Positions 9,548 through 18,330 of a DNA stretch of 43,163 nucleotides are shown here, in pieces. How positions within the stretch are numbered: position 1 is the first letter of the stretch; each line of letters starts with the position of its first letter. The notes under the pieces are model-generated. The model was not told where the DNA came from, searched no databases, and worked only from the letters and a program-made list of their open reading frames with translations. Source of the stretch: a candidate division WOR-1 bacterium RIFOXYB2_FULL_48_7 (GTDB lineage Bacteria; Margulisbacteria; WOR-1; O2-12-FULL-45-9; XYB2-FULL-48-7); NCBI GenBank assembly GCA_001771615.1, contig MEUF01000053.1, positions 1-43,163 on the forward strand, in the 5' to 3' direction. The translations under genes were made by a program, and so were the position numbers.

Positions 9548-9793
9548 CTACTTCTTTGCGTGCGACATCACATAGGTGATAGTGTCGCCAACGGTCTTAA
9601 TTTTTTCGGCATCCTCGTCCGGGATCTCAATGCCAAAAGCTTCTTCGAGGGCCATAACCAGCTCTACAGTATCAAGAGAATCGGCGCCTAGGTCATCGAC
9701 AAATGAAGAAGTGCGGGTCACTTCTGCCTCATTAACACCCAGTTGTTCAGCAACAACTTTCTTGATATCCTCAAAAACTTTTTGCTCGTCCAT
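9548..9793 (-). CDS. acpP: acyl carrier protein
   Basis: 81 aa. Phosphopantetheine site [19 protein letters not shown] aagagggggg lies upstream. Confidence 0.95.
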   Translation of the reverse strand: MDEQKVFEDIKKVVAEQLGVNEAEVTRTSSFVDDLGADSLDTVELVMALEEAFGIEIPDEDAEKIKTVGDTITYVMSHAKK

Positions 9794-9844
9794 GTTACAC
9801 CCCCCTCTTAACTAAAATCCCAACTTCAAACTTCAAAACCCAAA

Positions 9845-10585
9845 TTACATGTACATGCCGCCGTTGACTGCCAGGACTTGACCGGTAATATAGTCGGCTT
9901 CCGGTCCCGCCAGAAAGAGGACAGCATTGGCGATATCATCCGGTGAGCCCAGCTTCCCCAGGGGGATCTGAGCCATCATTTTTTGTTTGACCTCGTCCGA
10001 CAGTTTATCTGTCATAGCGGTCTGAATAAATCCAGGTGCAATGGCGTTTGCCGTAACATTACGGGAGGCCAGCTCTTTGGCCACTGTCTTGGTAAAGGCA
10101 ATGACCCCGCCCTTGCTGGCCGCATAATTGGCCTGACCAAAATTCCCCATCTGACCAACAATGCTGGCGATACTTACTATTTTACCGTAGCGCGCCTTCA
10201 TCATCAAGGTCCCAACTACTTTTGTGCAATTGAAAACACCGGTCAGGTTTACCCCAATGACCGCGTCCCATTCCTCTTTTTTCATCCGAATTAATAAATT
10301 GTCTTTGGTGATGCCGGCGTTATTGACCAAGATATCAATTTTGCCAAATTCCTTGACCATTTCCGCAACAGCCGATTCAACCTCGGCCAGGTCAGCCACA
10401 TTAAATTTATACGCCTTGGCTTTGACACCTAGTGCGGCTACTTCTTGGGCCGTCTGGTTGGCCAGCTCCAAATTAACGTCGCTAATGATAATATTGGCCC
10501 CGGCCCTGGCCAGGGCGACAGCGACCGATTTACCGATACCTTGGGCTGACCCGGTAACTAAAGCAACTTTATCTTTTAATTTCAT
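9845..10585 (-). CDS. fabG: 3-oxoacyl-ACP reductase
   Basis: 246 aa SDR. Motifs TGSAQGIGKS (NADP-binding site), NNAGI and YAASKGG (YxxxK). SD ggagg lies upstream. Confidence 0.93.
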   Translation of the reverse strand: MKLKDKVALVTGSAQGIGKSVAVALARAGANIIISDVNLELANQTAQEVAALGVKAKAYKFNVADLAEVESAVAEMVKEFGKIDILVNNAGITKDNLLIRMKKEEWDAVIGVNLTGVFNCTKVVGTLMMKARYGKIVSIASIVGQMGNFGQANYAASKGGVIAFTKTVAKELASRNVTANAIAPGFIQTAMTDKLSDEVKQKMMAQIPLGKLGSPDDIANAVLFLAGPEADYITGQVLAVNGGMYM

Positions 10586-10587
10586 AT

Positions 10588-11457
10588 TTAGACCTCCGTG
10601 AATGATTTAACTGTGGCTTCGGGGCTAATCTTTTTGATCAAGCCGGCCAGGACTTTGCCTGGGCCAACTTCAACAAAATTATTTATGCCGTCTGCCACCA
10701 ATTTTTGCACCGACTCTTCCCAAAGCACTGAGGCCGTGACTTGTTCAATCAATAACCTTTTTAATTCTTTGCCGCTGGTGACATATGTGGCAGTGACGTT
10801 GCAAACTACCGGTATTTTGGCATCATTTATGGTGATCTTTTCCAGTTCGACGGCGAGTTTATCGGCCGCTGGCTGCATGAGTGGGCAATGAAAGGGGGCA
10901 GAGACGGCTAATGGGATAACCTTTTTAACTCCGGCCGCTTTCAGCTGTTCACCAGCTTGGGCGACACTTTCTTTTTTACCGGAAATTACTACCTGGCCCG
11001 GAGAGTTGAAGTTGGCTGGCCAAACGTGGCCGACTTTAGCGCAAATTTCAACGATCACGCTTTTTTCTCCACCCAGCAGGGCGGCCATAGCTCCTTCGCC
11101 TTCCGGCACCGCCTCTTGCATAAATTTGCCTCGCAGGTGAACGAGCTTAACGCCATCCTCAAAAGAAAGGGCTCCCGCCGCATATAAGGCGGCATACTCC
11201 CCTAAACTGTGGCCGGCGACTGCGCTTGGCAACTGGTTACTGGTAATTAGCTTTTGGTAGGCGGCTACGCTGATGGTGAAGATGGCTGGCTGGAGAAAGG
11301 CGGTCTTTTTCAGTTCATCTTCCGGCCCATGGAGAACTATTGATTTAAGGTCAAAACCGAGCAGGGTATTGGCTTTATCCAACAGGGGTTCGGCAGAATC
11401 TTTCCCCATACCAACAAATTGCGATCCCTGGCCGGGGAAAACAAAGGCGCTCTTCAT
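10588..11457 (-). CDS. fabD: malonyl-CoA:ACP transacylase
   Basis: 289 aa. Begins FVFPGQGSQ; active site GHSLGEYAAL. The start abuts the etfA stop (0-nt gap). Confidence 0.93.
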   Translation of the reverse strand: MKSAFVFPGQGSQFVGMGKDSAEPLLDKANTLLGFDLKSIVLHGPEDELKKTAFLQPAIFTISVAAYQKLITSNQLPSAVAGHSLGEYAALYAAGALSFEDGVKLVHLRGKFMQEAVPEGEGAMAALLGGEKSVIVEICAKVGHVWPANFNSPGQVVISGKKESVAQAGEQLKAAGVKKVIPLAVSAPFHCPLMQPAADKLAVELEKITINDAKIPVVCNVTATYVTSGKELKRLLIEQVTASVLWEESVQKLVADGINNFVEVGPGKVLAGLIKKISPEATVKSFTEV

Positions 11458-12687
11458 TTACCCTTTTAGTTCCTTGAGCTTTTTGGTCAGCAGGGGGACG
11501 ATCTCCAGGACATCCCCGACAATCCCGTAGGTAGCTACCTTGAAAATCGGGGCATCCGGATCTTTGTTTATGGCAATAATTGTGTCGGATGACTGCATGC
11601 CGACCAGATGCTGGATCTTGCCGGAAATTCCGCAGGCAATATAGATTTTTGGTGAAACCGTTTTACCGGTCTGGCCAACCTGATGGTGGGCGGAAATCCA
11701 GCCGGCATCAACTGTCGCGCGTGAGGCGCCGACCGCGCCGCCCAAAGTTTGGGCTAATTCTTCGAGCATGTGGAAATTCTTGGGATCGCCGATGCCGCGG
11801 CCGCCGGAGACAATAATTTCGGCTTCTGCCAGGTTAACTTTGACCGATTCGTCTTGAATAATCTCTAATAATTTAACTACCAAATCTTTTTCATCGATGA
11901 CGGGAGTAAATTTAACCACATTACCAGCTGCCGGTTTGGCGACAGGGCTCTTTTTGAAGACTTTTGGCCGGACAGTTGCCATCTGTGGACGATGGCGGAG
12001 GGTCTGAATTGTGGCCATGATGTTGCCGCCAAAAGCCGGTCGGGTTTGTAACAAGTTTTTCTTGTCAGGATCAATCCCCAGGGCGGTACAATCAGCGGTT
12101 AAGCCGGCCCCAACGCGAATGGCCAGCCGGGCGGCCAGGTCGCGGCCAAGGGTGGTGGCCCCCAGGAGAATGATTTCTGGTTTATGTTTGGTGACAGCTT
12201 CAGCTAAAGCCCGGGTATATGGAGCGGTATGGTAATGTTTTAATTCCGGATGGGTAATCAAATAGACTTTTTGGGCGCCGTATTTGAACAAATGGTCGAT
12301 CTCTTCTTCAATCTTCTCATCCCCCAACAAGACGGCACAAAGCTGGCTGCCGCATTCAGCGGCAAGCTTTTGCCCTTCGGAAAGAAGTTCGTAAGCGACT
12401 GATTGGATTTTTCCCTCTCTTTGTTCGGCAAAAACCCAGACATCTTTATAGTGAGACAGATCAACATCGACGCCACCCAAATCTTTTTTTAGATCAATGG
12501 CGTTAAATTTGCATGAGGCGACGCAAGCGCCGCAAAGGGTGCAGACGTCCAGGTTGATCTGGGCAACCCTCTTTCCCTTGCCGGGCGCTTCAGCCGGCCG
12601 ATCAATCATAGAAATTGCAGCAAAGGGGCAAGCCTTTACGCAAAGCGTACAGCCGGTGCATTTATCTAACAATATTTTTATTGACAT
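11458..12687 (-). CDS. etfA: electron transfer flavoprotein alpha subunit with N-terminal 2x[4Fe-4S] ferredoxin domain
   Basis: 409 aa. N-terminus has CTGCTLCVKACP and CTLCGACVASCK. The C-terminus has the canonical EtfA FAD region PKIYIACGISGKIQHLVGMQSSDTIIAINKDPDAPIF. Confidence 0.9.
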   Translation of the reverse strand: MSIKILLDKCTGCTLCVKACPFAAISMIDRPAEAPGKGKRVAQINLDVCTLCGACVASCKFNAIDLKKDLGGVDVDLSHYKDVWVFAEQREGKIQSVAYELLSEGQKLAAECGSQLCAVLLGDEKIEEEIDHLFKYGAQKVYLITHPELKHYHTAPYTRALAEAVTKHKPEIILLGATTLGRDLAARLAIRVGAGLTADCTALGIDPDKKNLLQTRPAFGGNIMATIQTLRHRPQMATVRPKVFKKSPVAKPAAGNVVKFTPVIDEKDLVVKLLEIIQDESVKVNLAEAEIIVSGGRGIGDPKNFHMLEELAQTLGGAVGASRATVDAGWISAHHQVGQTGKTVSPKIYIACGISGKIQHLVGMQSSDTIIAINKDPDAPIFKVATYGIVGDVLEIVPLLTKKLKELKG

Positions 12688-12688
12688 A

Positions 12689-13477
12689 CTATATTAAACT
12701 GCGATTTTTCAATTTACCCAGGAGAGAATCAACCATGTCGGTTGGTTCGCCGCCAAGCATTTCCCCGCCGCCTTTTGGGGGAGGGGTGAAAATCTTAACT
12801 ACACTGGTCGGGGAGCCGTTTAAACCAAGATTAATCGCTTCGGCCTTGATCGCCGCCGCATTAAGCATTTTAACTTCAACTTTTTTAGCCCGCATTAACC
12901 CTTTCAGCGAAGGGAGGCGGGGAGAATTCATTTGTTTGACTACCGTAACAACACAGGGGAGGGGACATTCAACGACCTCGTTGACCTCTTCCAATAAACG
13001 TTCGATTTTGGCTTTTTTAGCTGTAGGATCGGCTTCCATCTTTACTACAAATGTTACCTGGGGGATATCGAGCCATTCAGCAATCCCTGGACCGACCTGG
13101 GCGGTATCACCATCGATGGCCTGTTTACCGCAAAGGATCAGGTCAAAATGACCCAGGGTTTTAATGGCTTGGGCTAAAGTGTATGAGGTCGCCCAGGTAT
13201 CCGAGCCGGCAAAAGCCCGATCCGAGACCAGGCAAACCTCATCGGCGCCCATGGCAACGCAGGTTTTAAGCGCTTCGGCTGCTTGTGGTGGGCCCATGGT
13301 AATAACGGTAACTTTCCCGCCATGCTTTTCTTTTAATTGCAGTGCCGCTTCCACGGCGTTTTCATCAAAAGGGTTAACAATCGAAGGGACCCCTTCGCGG
13401 ATTAAAGTATTGGTTTCCGGGTTGATCCTAACCTCTGTCGTATCCGGAACCTGTTTTATGCAAACAACAATATCCAT
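12689..13477 (-). CDS. etfB: electron transfer flavoprotein beta subunit
   Basis: 262 aa. Begins MDIVVCIKQVPDTTEVRINPETN; contains LILCGKQAIDGDTAQVGP, typical of EtfB. Confidence 0.92.
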   Translation of the reverse strand: MDIVVCIKQVPDTTEVRINPETNTLIREGVPSIVNPFDENAVEAALQLKEKHGGKVTVITMGPPQAAEALKTCVAMGADEVCLVSDRAFAGSDTWATSYTLAQAIKTLGHFDLILCGKQAIDGDTAQVGPGIAEWLDIPQVTFVVKMEADPTAKKAKIERLLEEVNEVVECPLPCVVTVVKQMNSPRLPSLKGLMRAKKVEVKMLNAAAIKAEAINLGLNGSPTSVVKIFTPPPKGGGEMLGGEPTDMVDSLLGKLKNRSLI

Positions 13478-13498
13478 GAGCAGTAATGGCTAATTATA

Positions 13499-14662
13499 TC
13501 ACTTTTTGCTGACAGCGTCTTTAATGAGGCCAAGGGCAATCTGATTCCTCTGAATCTGATTGGTCCCTTCGTAGATTTGAGTGATCTTGGCATCTCTGGC
13601 CATCTTTTCCACCGGATATTCTTTCATATAACCATAACCGCCCAGGATCTGAATGGCGTCAATGGTGACTTTCATTGCAACATCAGAGGCGAACAGCTTG
13701 GCTTCGGATGCCGGCAAGGTAAAGTCTTTGTGTCCGGCATCAATCATTTTGGCCACGGCATAAACCAAGGCGCGGGCTGCCTCGATCTGGGTCGACATAT
13801 CAGCCAGCATATGCTGGATGGCTTGCAGGGCGATGATTGGCTTGCCAAACTGGACCCTTTCCTTGGCATACTTGATTGATTCATCCAATGCTCCCTGGGC
13901 AATCCCCACTGCCTGGGCGCCGATGCCAGGGCGCGTCATATCAAGGGTTTTCATGGCGACAATAAAACCCATCCCCTCTTTGCCAAGGATCTGGCTTTTG
14001 TGGATTTTGCAATCCTGGAATATTAATTCCCTGGTAGCTGAACAGCGGATCCCCATCTTGTTTTCTTTTTTACCAAAAGTAAAACCGGGGGTCCCCTTTT
14101 CCACTATGAAAGCTGTTGCGCCGCGGGCCCCTTTGGCCTTGTCGGTCATGGCTATTAATGTATAGGTGTCAGCTTCTCCGCCGTTGGTAATCCATTGCTT
14201 GGTCCCGTTAACAATAAAATAGTCGCCATCTTTTTTTGCCGTAGTTTCCAGGCCAGCGGCATCAGAGCCGGCACTGGCTTCGGTCAAACCAAAGGCGGCC
14301 AGCTTCTTGCCGGCAGCAATCTCGGGCATGTACTTCTTTTTTTGTTCTTCGGAGCCAAACAAAATGATTGGGGTTGAGCCAAGGGCGGATGCGGCAAAAG
14401 AAACGCCAACGCCGCCGCAGATCCGGCTAATCTCTTCGGTCGCTAAGCAGAAATTAAAAACGCTCTGTCCCATCCCGCCGTAAGCTTCCGGAATGTAAAG
14501 CCCGCAAAGGTCGGCCTCGGCATAGGCTTTTAGTGCTTCCCAGGGAAATTCACCGGTTTCGTCCCATTCGGCTCTTTTGGGCAAGGCTTTTTCCAGTGAC
14601 ACCTTTCTTGCCAGATCCCTGATCATTTGCTGTTCTTCGGTCAATAAGTAATCCAAAGCCAT
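13499..14662 (-). CDS. acyl-CoA dehydrogenase, short-chain/butyryl-CoA dehydrogenase-like
   Basis: 387 aa. Motifs GLTEASAGSDAAG, WITNGG and the C-terminal catalytic-Glu motif QIYEGTNQIQR. SD gaggagg lies upstream. Confidence 0.9.
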   Translation of the reverse strand: MALDYLLTEEQQMIRDLARKVSLEKALPKRAEWDETGEFPWEALKAYAEADLCGLYIPEAYGGMGQSVFNFCLATEEISRICGGVGVSFAASALGSTPIILFGSEEQKKKYMPEIAAGKKLAAFGLTEASAGSDAAGLETTAKKDGDYFIVNGTKQWITNGGEADTYTLIAMTDKAKGARGATAFIVEKGTPGFTFGKKENKMGIRCSATRELIFQDCKIHKSQILGKEGMGFIVAMKTLDMTRPGIGAQAVGIAQGALDESIKYAKERVQFGKPIIALQAIQHMLADMSTQIEAARALVYAVAKMIDAGHKDFTLPASEAKLFASDVAMKVTIDAIQILGGYGYMKEYPVEKMARDAKITQIYEGTNQIQRNQIALGLIKDAVSKK

Positions 14663-14675
14663 TTTATTCCTCCTC

Positions 14676-15638
14676 TTACCAGATTATAACGTTTGCCCCA
14701 TAAGTTAACCCGGCACCAAATCCTGACAGGACTATCAGATCGCCGGGTTTTATCTTGCCAGCAGCATATGCCTCATCTAGCGCGATAGGTATCGATGCTG
14801 CCGAAGTATTTCCGTACTTTTGTAGGTTAACATAAACTTTTTCTTTGGGCAATCCCATTTTCTTGATAACATGATCAATAATCCGGATATTGGCCTGGTG
14901 AGGAATGAGTAAATCGATATCGGCAATCGACTTGCCAGCCTGGATCAAAACTTCTTTGACGGATGTTTCCAGGGCACGCACGGCAAATTTGAAGACCTCT
15001 TTCCCGTCCATCTTGATAAAACGGCCATTTTTGGTTTCGGGATCACGTGTTCCACCGCCAGGCATAATTAGACTGTTACCCAAAATTCCTTCGGCTTTCA
15101 ACCAGCTGGCTATTATCCCGTCATTTTTATCTGTAGCGGTTAAAACAGCCGCTCCGGCGCCATCGCCGAAGAGAATGCAGGTTCCGCGATCTGTCCAGTC
15201 GAGATATTTGGTCAGTTCATCCGCCCCGACAAGTAAAATCTTTTTATATTTGCCGGTTTCAATAAAGCTGCTGGCTACTGCCAGAGCGTAATTGAAGCCG
15301 GAGCAGGCGGCAGAAACGTCTAGACAGGCGGCATTTTTCGCTTTAAGCTTATCCTGCAAAATACAGGCGACAGAGGGAAAGAGCATGTCGGGAGAGCAGG
15401 TCGCCACAAGAATGAAGTCGATTTCTTCGGCAGTGACCTTGGCATTGGCCAGAGCGCGTTCGGCGGCAATAAATGCTAGGTCAGAAGTGGCCGTCCCTTC
15501 GTCAGAAACACGCCGTTCCATAATGCCGGTCCGTTCCCTGATCCAAGCGTCGTTGGTATCGACAATTTTGGATAAATCATCGTTGGTTACTATTTTATCC
15601 GGCAGGGCGGAGCCAGTGCCGCTAATTTTGGCACGCAT
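14676..15638 (-). CDS. fabH: 3-oxoacyl-ACP synthase III
   Basis: 320 aa. Active-site Cys in SAACSGFNYAL; also HQANIRII and GNTSAASIP. SD ggagg lies upstream. Confidence 0.95.
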   Translation of the reverse strand: MRAKISGTGSALPDKIVTNDDLSKIVDTNDAWIRERTGIMERRVSDEGTATSDLAFIAAERALANAKVTAEEIDFILVATCSPDMLFPSVACILQDKLKAKNAACLDVSAACSGFNYALAVASSFIETGKYKKILLVGADELTKYLDWTDRGTCILFGDGAGAAVLTATDKNDGIIASWLKAEGILGNSLIMPGGGTRDPETKNGRFIKMDGKEVFKFAVRALETSVKEVLIQAGKSIADIDLLIPHQANIRIIDHVIKKMGLPKEKVYVNLQKYGNTSAASIPIALDEAYAAGKIKPGDLIVLSGFGAGLTYGANVIIW

Positions 15639-15641
15639 AAG

Positions 15642-16625
15642 TTATTCCTCCATTTTTGAGATGCAGCCGACCAGGTCTTCACGAGCAGCTTCGTAAGCCA
15701 CTCGAATGGCATTTTTAATCGCTTTGGCCTTGGCGCGTCCGTGAGCCTTGTAGACTACCCCGTTAATGCCGAGCATCGGCGCGCCGCCGAATTCATCGTA
15801 ATCAACTTTCTTTTTGATCCTGGCCAGGGCGGGCAGCAGGAGTAGGGCGGCCAATTTTGACAAAAGGTTTTTTTGCAACTCATCTTTGATCAGCCCAAGA
15901 ATAAAACTGCTGACCGATTCACTAAATTTAAGAATCAGGTTGCCGATAAAACCATCACAAACGACAACGTTGACGCCGCCGGACATAATTTCCTTGGCTT
16001 CAACATTCCCGATAAAGTTTATTTTAGTTTCCTTAAGTAGCGACCAGGTTTGTACGGAAAGCTCGTTGCCTTTTTCTTTCTCTTCGCCAATGTTCAACAA
16101 GCCGACTGTGGGGTTGTTGATATGCATGACATGTTCGGCATATTGGGCCCCCATCTCGGCAAATTGCTGAAGATGGCGCGGTTTACAATCAACATTGGCT
16201 CCCATATCGAGCAGGACGACCGGTCCCTTGGGGGTTGGGAAGACTGTGGCAATTGCCGGGCGTTCTACCCCGGCAACGCGGCCCAAACCAAATAAGGCCG
16301 AGGTCATCAGGGCCCCGGTATTGCCGGCAGAGACAATGGCGTCTGCTTGCTTGGTTTTAACCAGATTAACGGCGACGTTTAAGGAGGAATTTTTCTTTTG
16401 CTTGACTGCGGCAACCGGTGATTCGTTGTTACCAATGACTTCTGTGGCGGGGATAATGGATAAGGAGCCTTTTTTGCGGTGGCGGGCCAACTCGCTCTTG
16501 AGGCGGTTTTCATCTCCGACTAAAACCAAGCTGACCGGATATTCAAGCGAAGCCAGGACCGCTCCTTTGACCAACTCAGCCGGGGCAAAATCACCCCCCA
16601 TAGCATCGAGGGCGATGCGGATCAC
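15642..16625 (-). CDS. plsX: phosphate acyltransferase PlsX
   Basis: The ORF track extends to 16742, but that part overlaps rpmF. GTG at 16625 gives VIRIALDAMGGDFAP, the conserved PlsX N-terminus, in a TAGTG overlap with the rpmF stop. The exact start is uncertain. Confidence 0.88.
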   Translation of the reverse strand: MIRIALDAMGGDFAPAELVKGAVLASLEYPVSLVLVGDENRLKSELARHRKKGSLSIIPATEVIGNNESPVAAVKQKKNSSLNVAVNLVKTKQADAIVSAGNTGALMTSALFGLGRVAGVERPAIATVFPTPKGPVVLLDMGANVDCKPRHLQQFAEMGAQYAEHVMHINNPTVGLLNIGEEKEKGNELSVQTWSLLKETKINFIGNVEAKEIMSGGVNVVVCDGFIGNLILKFSESVSSFILGLIKDELQKNLLSKLAALLLLPALARIKKKVDYDEFGGAPMLGINGVVYKAHGRAKAKAIKNAIRVAYEAAREDLVGCISKMEE

Positions 16626-16831
16626 TACTGCTTTTTCTCCTTGCCTTGCTTGGTCTTGATCTTGATAACCGCCCGTCCCTGGTAGGTCCCGCAAGTTGCG
16701 CAGGCCTGGTGCGGTGGATTGGCGGCTCCGCATTGCGGACATTTGCTCAAGTTGATCCCTTTTAAGCGATAGTTCCCGAATCTCCTTTTTCCCTGTCTGA
16801 TATTTGAATGTCGTTTTTTTGGTACTGGCAT
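16625..16831 (-). CDS. rpmF: 50S ribosomal protein L32 (zinc-ribbon form)
   Basis: 68 aa. Begins MPVPKKRHS; contains CPQCG...CATCG. Sits in the conserved yceD-rpmF-plsX context. Confidence 0.92.
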   Translation of the reverse strand: MPVPKKRHSNIRQGKRRFGNYRLKGINLSKCPQCGAANPPHQACATCGTYQGRAVIKIKTKQGKEKKQ

Positions 16832-16835
16832 TTTT

Positions 16836-17264
16836 TTACACTCCTTTACAATTTTGCTGGCAGAGCGGCTTAACCGGCAGAGCCAGGATCAAATTTTGCC
16901 TGATTGTCTCGCCCAGGTCAATGGTGTTGTCCGCTTCGATCGGAAAAACAAAATCTTGGGCCTTGACTTCAGCTTCTTTCCCGCGCCGCTTGCCCGTTTC
17001 AGGCAGGATTTTTGAATACTCTTCGTCAATCAGGACTGTCAGAGGCAGTCGAAAATCCTTGGCGCAGCGGGAACAAACCTGTCCCAGCTCGACTTTGACC
17101 CCACCCTTGACCAGAACCGAAGTACCGGTATTGGTCAAATGAAGCTTGATTTTTACCGGGTTATTAACCTGGAGGCCGTCGTCCTGGTAGTTGACCCGTT
17201 CAGTCAGTTCCAGGTCGGCCTCATTTCCTATTTGGCGCAGGAGCTCTGTCAGGTCTATCTTCAT
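16836..17264 (-). CDS. yceD: DUF177/YceD-family protein (large-subunit accumulation factor)
   Basis: 142 aa. Acidic protein with CSRC...C..NC Cys pairs, in the conserved position directly upstream of rpmF. Confidence 0.75.
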   Translation of the reverse strand: MKIDLTELLRQIGNEADLELTERVNYQDDGLQVNNPVKIKLHLTNTGTSVLVKGGVKVELGQVCSRCAKDFRLPLTVLIDEEYSKILPETGKRRGKEAEVKAQDFVFPIEADNTIDLGETIRQNLILALPVKPLCQQNCKGV

Positions 17265-17339
17265 CCCGATCTATTACCTTCAATTCTATTGTATTCGGGA
17301 TCCCGATTTTCGCGGCCTTGATCGGGATAACAACAATTA

Positions 17340-17348
17340 ATTATATCA
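17340..17348 (-). promoter_or_regulatory. extended -10 element TGaTATAAT upstream of the yceD-rpmF-plsX-fab operon
   Basis: The minus strand reads ctcctggTGATATAATtaattg, 75 nt upstream of the yceD ATG (17264). No clear -35. Confidence 0.35.
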
Positions 17349-17361
17349 CCAGGAGAGTCGT

Positions 17362-18240
17362 TTATCTAGCCCTGGGGTGGAAGTCGTCGTAAACCTTCTT
17401 GAGCCGCTCTTTAGTCACATGGGTATACACTTGGGTAGTGGACAAGGAGACATGGCCCAGCAGCTCCTGGACTATGCGTAAATCTGCCCCTCCCTCAAGA
17501 AGGTGGGTGGCAAAAGAATGCCGCAGGGTATGGGGGGTAACCCTTTTCCCCAGGCCGCTCTTTTTGGCATAATGGGTAATAATTCTCTCAATCTGGCGCG
17601 GTGTCAGCCTGCTTCCCCGGCGGCCAATGAAAAAAGCGGCTGTTTTGCTGCCGGCCAGCAGGTTGGGACGGGCATCCGATAAATAATTGTTTAAGGCTTT
17701 TTTGGCCAGGCTGCCAAACAGCACAATCCTCTCTTTGGCCCCTTTTCCCAAAACCTTGATTTCATCTTCAGAAAAATCAACGTCTTTAAGGTTGAGCCGG
17801 GCAATTTCAACAACCCTGATGCCGCTGCCATAGAGCAACTCAATTAGGGCGCAATCCCGCTTGCCCAGGGGGGATTTTACATCGATACAGCCTAATAATG
17901 CCCTGACTTCTTCGGGATATAGGAAGTTGGGCAGTTTTTTCGGGAGTTTTGGCGTGAGCAGGTTTTGAAAAGGATTTTCCTGGCTAAGGCTTTCCCTTTG
18001 CAGATATTTAAAAAATGAACGGGCAGCCGAAAGCTTGCGGGCAATCGACCGTTTGGAATAATGTTTTTTCTCCAGCGAAAGCAAATATTCCCTGGCGGCC
18101 AGCCGATCAAGCTTTTTGTCATTAAAAAATGCGATTAGGGCCAGTAAGTCGCGCCGGTAATTAGTGGCGGTATGTTCAGAATAATGCCGCTCATTAAGCA
18201 AATGTTTAATAAACTGGCTTAAATCAGATGCATTTAGCAT
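17362..18240 (-). CDS. xerC: tyrosine recombinase, XerC/XerD family
   Basis: Motifs ARSFFKYL, LLYGSGIRVVEI, HTLRHSFATHLLEGGADLRIVQELLGHVSLSTTQVYTHV (R..H-R-H...Y catalytic set). I prefer ATG 18240 (MLNASDLSQFIKHLL...) over the ORF-track start at 18294, because that extension runs through a 20-bp hairpin. Confidence 0.88.
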   Translation of the reverse strand: MLNASDLSQFIKHLLNERHYSEHTATNYRRDLLALIAFFNDKKLDRLAAREYLLSLEKKHYSKRSIARKLSAARSFFKYLQRESLSQENPFQNLLTPKLPKKLPNFLYPEEVRALLGCIDVKSPLGKRDCALIELLYGSGIRVVEIARLNLKDVDFSEDEIKVLGKGAKERIVLFGSLAKKALNNYLSDARPNLLAGSKTAAFFIGRRGSRLTPRQIERIITHYAKKSGLGKRVTPHTLRHSFATHLLEGGADLRIVQELLGHVSLSTTQVYTHVTKERLKKVYDDFHPRAR

Positions 18241-18257
18241 TCTTCTTTGTGTCCTTC

Positions 18258-18320
18258 GTGTACTTTGTGACTTGGTGGTAAAGAAATTTTCCAAAATATA
18301 CCACTAAGTCACAAAGACAC
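18258..18320. repeat. inverted repeat / stem-loop (about 20-bp stem, 22-nt loop) between the M15 gene and xerC
   Basis: Arm 18263-18278 (ctttgtgacttggtgg) pairs with arm 18301-18316 (ccactaagtcacaaag) at 15 of 16 positions. Four more pairs follow (18258-18261 with 18317-18320) after a 1-nt bulge. Confidence 0.6.
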
Positions 18321-18330
18321 TAAGTATCTA

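Noticed and set aside
8955-9575. Long antisense ORFs inside well-supported genes: 8955..9575 and 9011..9529 within fabK, 20601..21128 within metK, 32210..32950 and 33591..34073 within clpC, 24918..25526 within smc, 12615..13151 within etfB.
   Set aside because: They lie fully opposite genes with unmistakable conserved motifs. They have low-complexity or Ala/Arg/Ser/Pro-rich composition with no recognisable motifs and no promoter or SD. These are typical shadow ORFs.
9826-9844. Shared 19-mer tcaaacttcaaaa[c/t]ccaaa, found in the fabG-acpP spacer (9826-9844) and inside radA (34491-34509). Considered as a possible dispersed repeat or spacer-like element.
   Set aside because: There are only two copies at 18/19 identity in A-rich low-complexity sequence. 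By my rough estimate that is about the level expected by chance in 43 kb read on both strands. One copy is ordinary coding sequence. There is no flanking repeat structure.
16626-16742. 5' extension of the plsX ORF (MSAMRSRQSTAPGLRNLRDL...) overlapping rpmF.
   Set aside because: It overlaps the L32 coding sequence in another frame. The conserved PlsX N-terminus (IRIALDAMGGD) begins right at the GTG that overlaps the rpmF stop.
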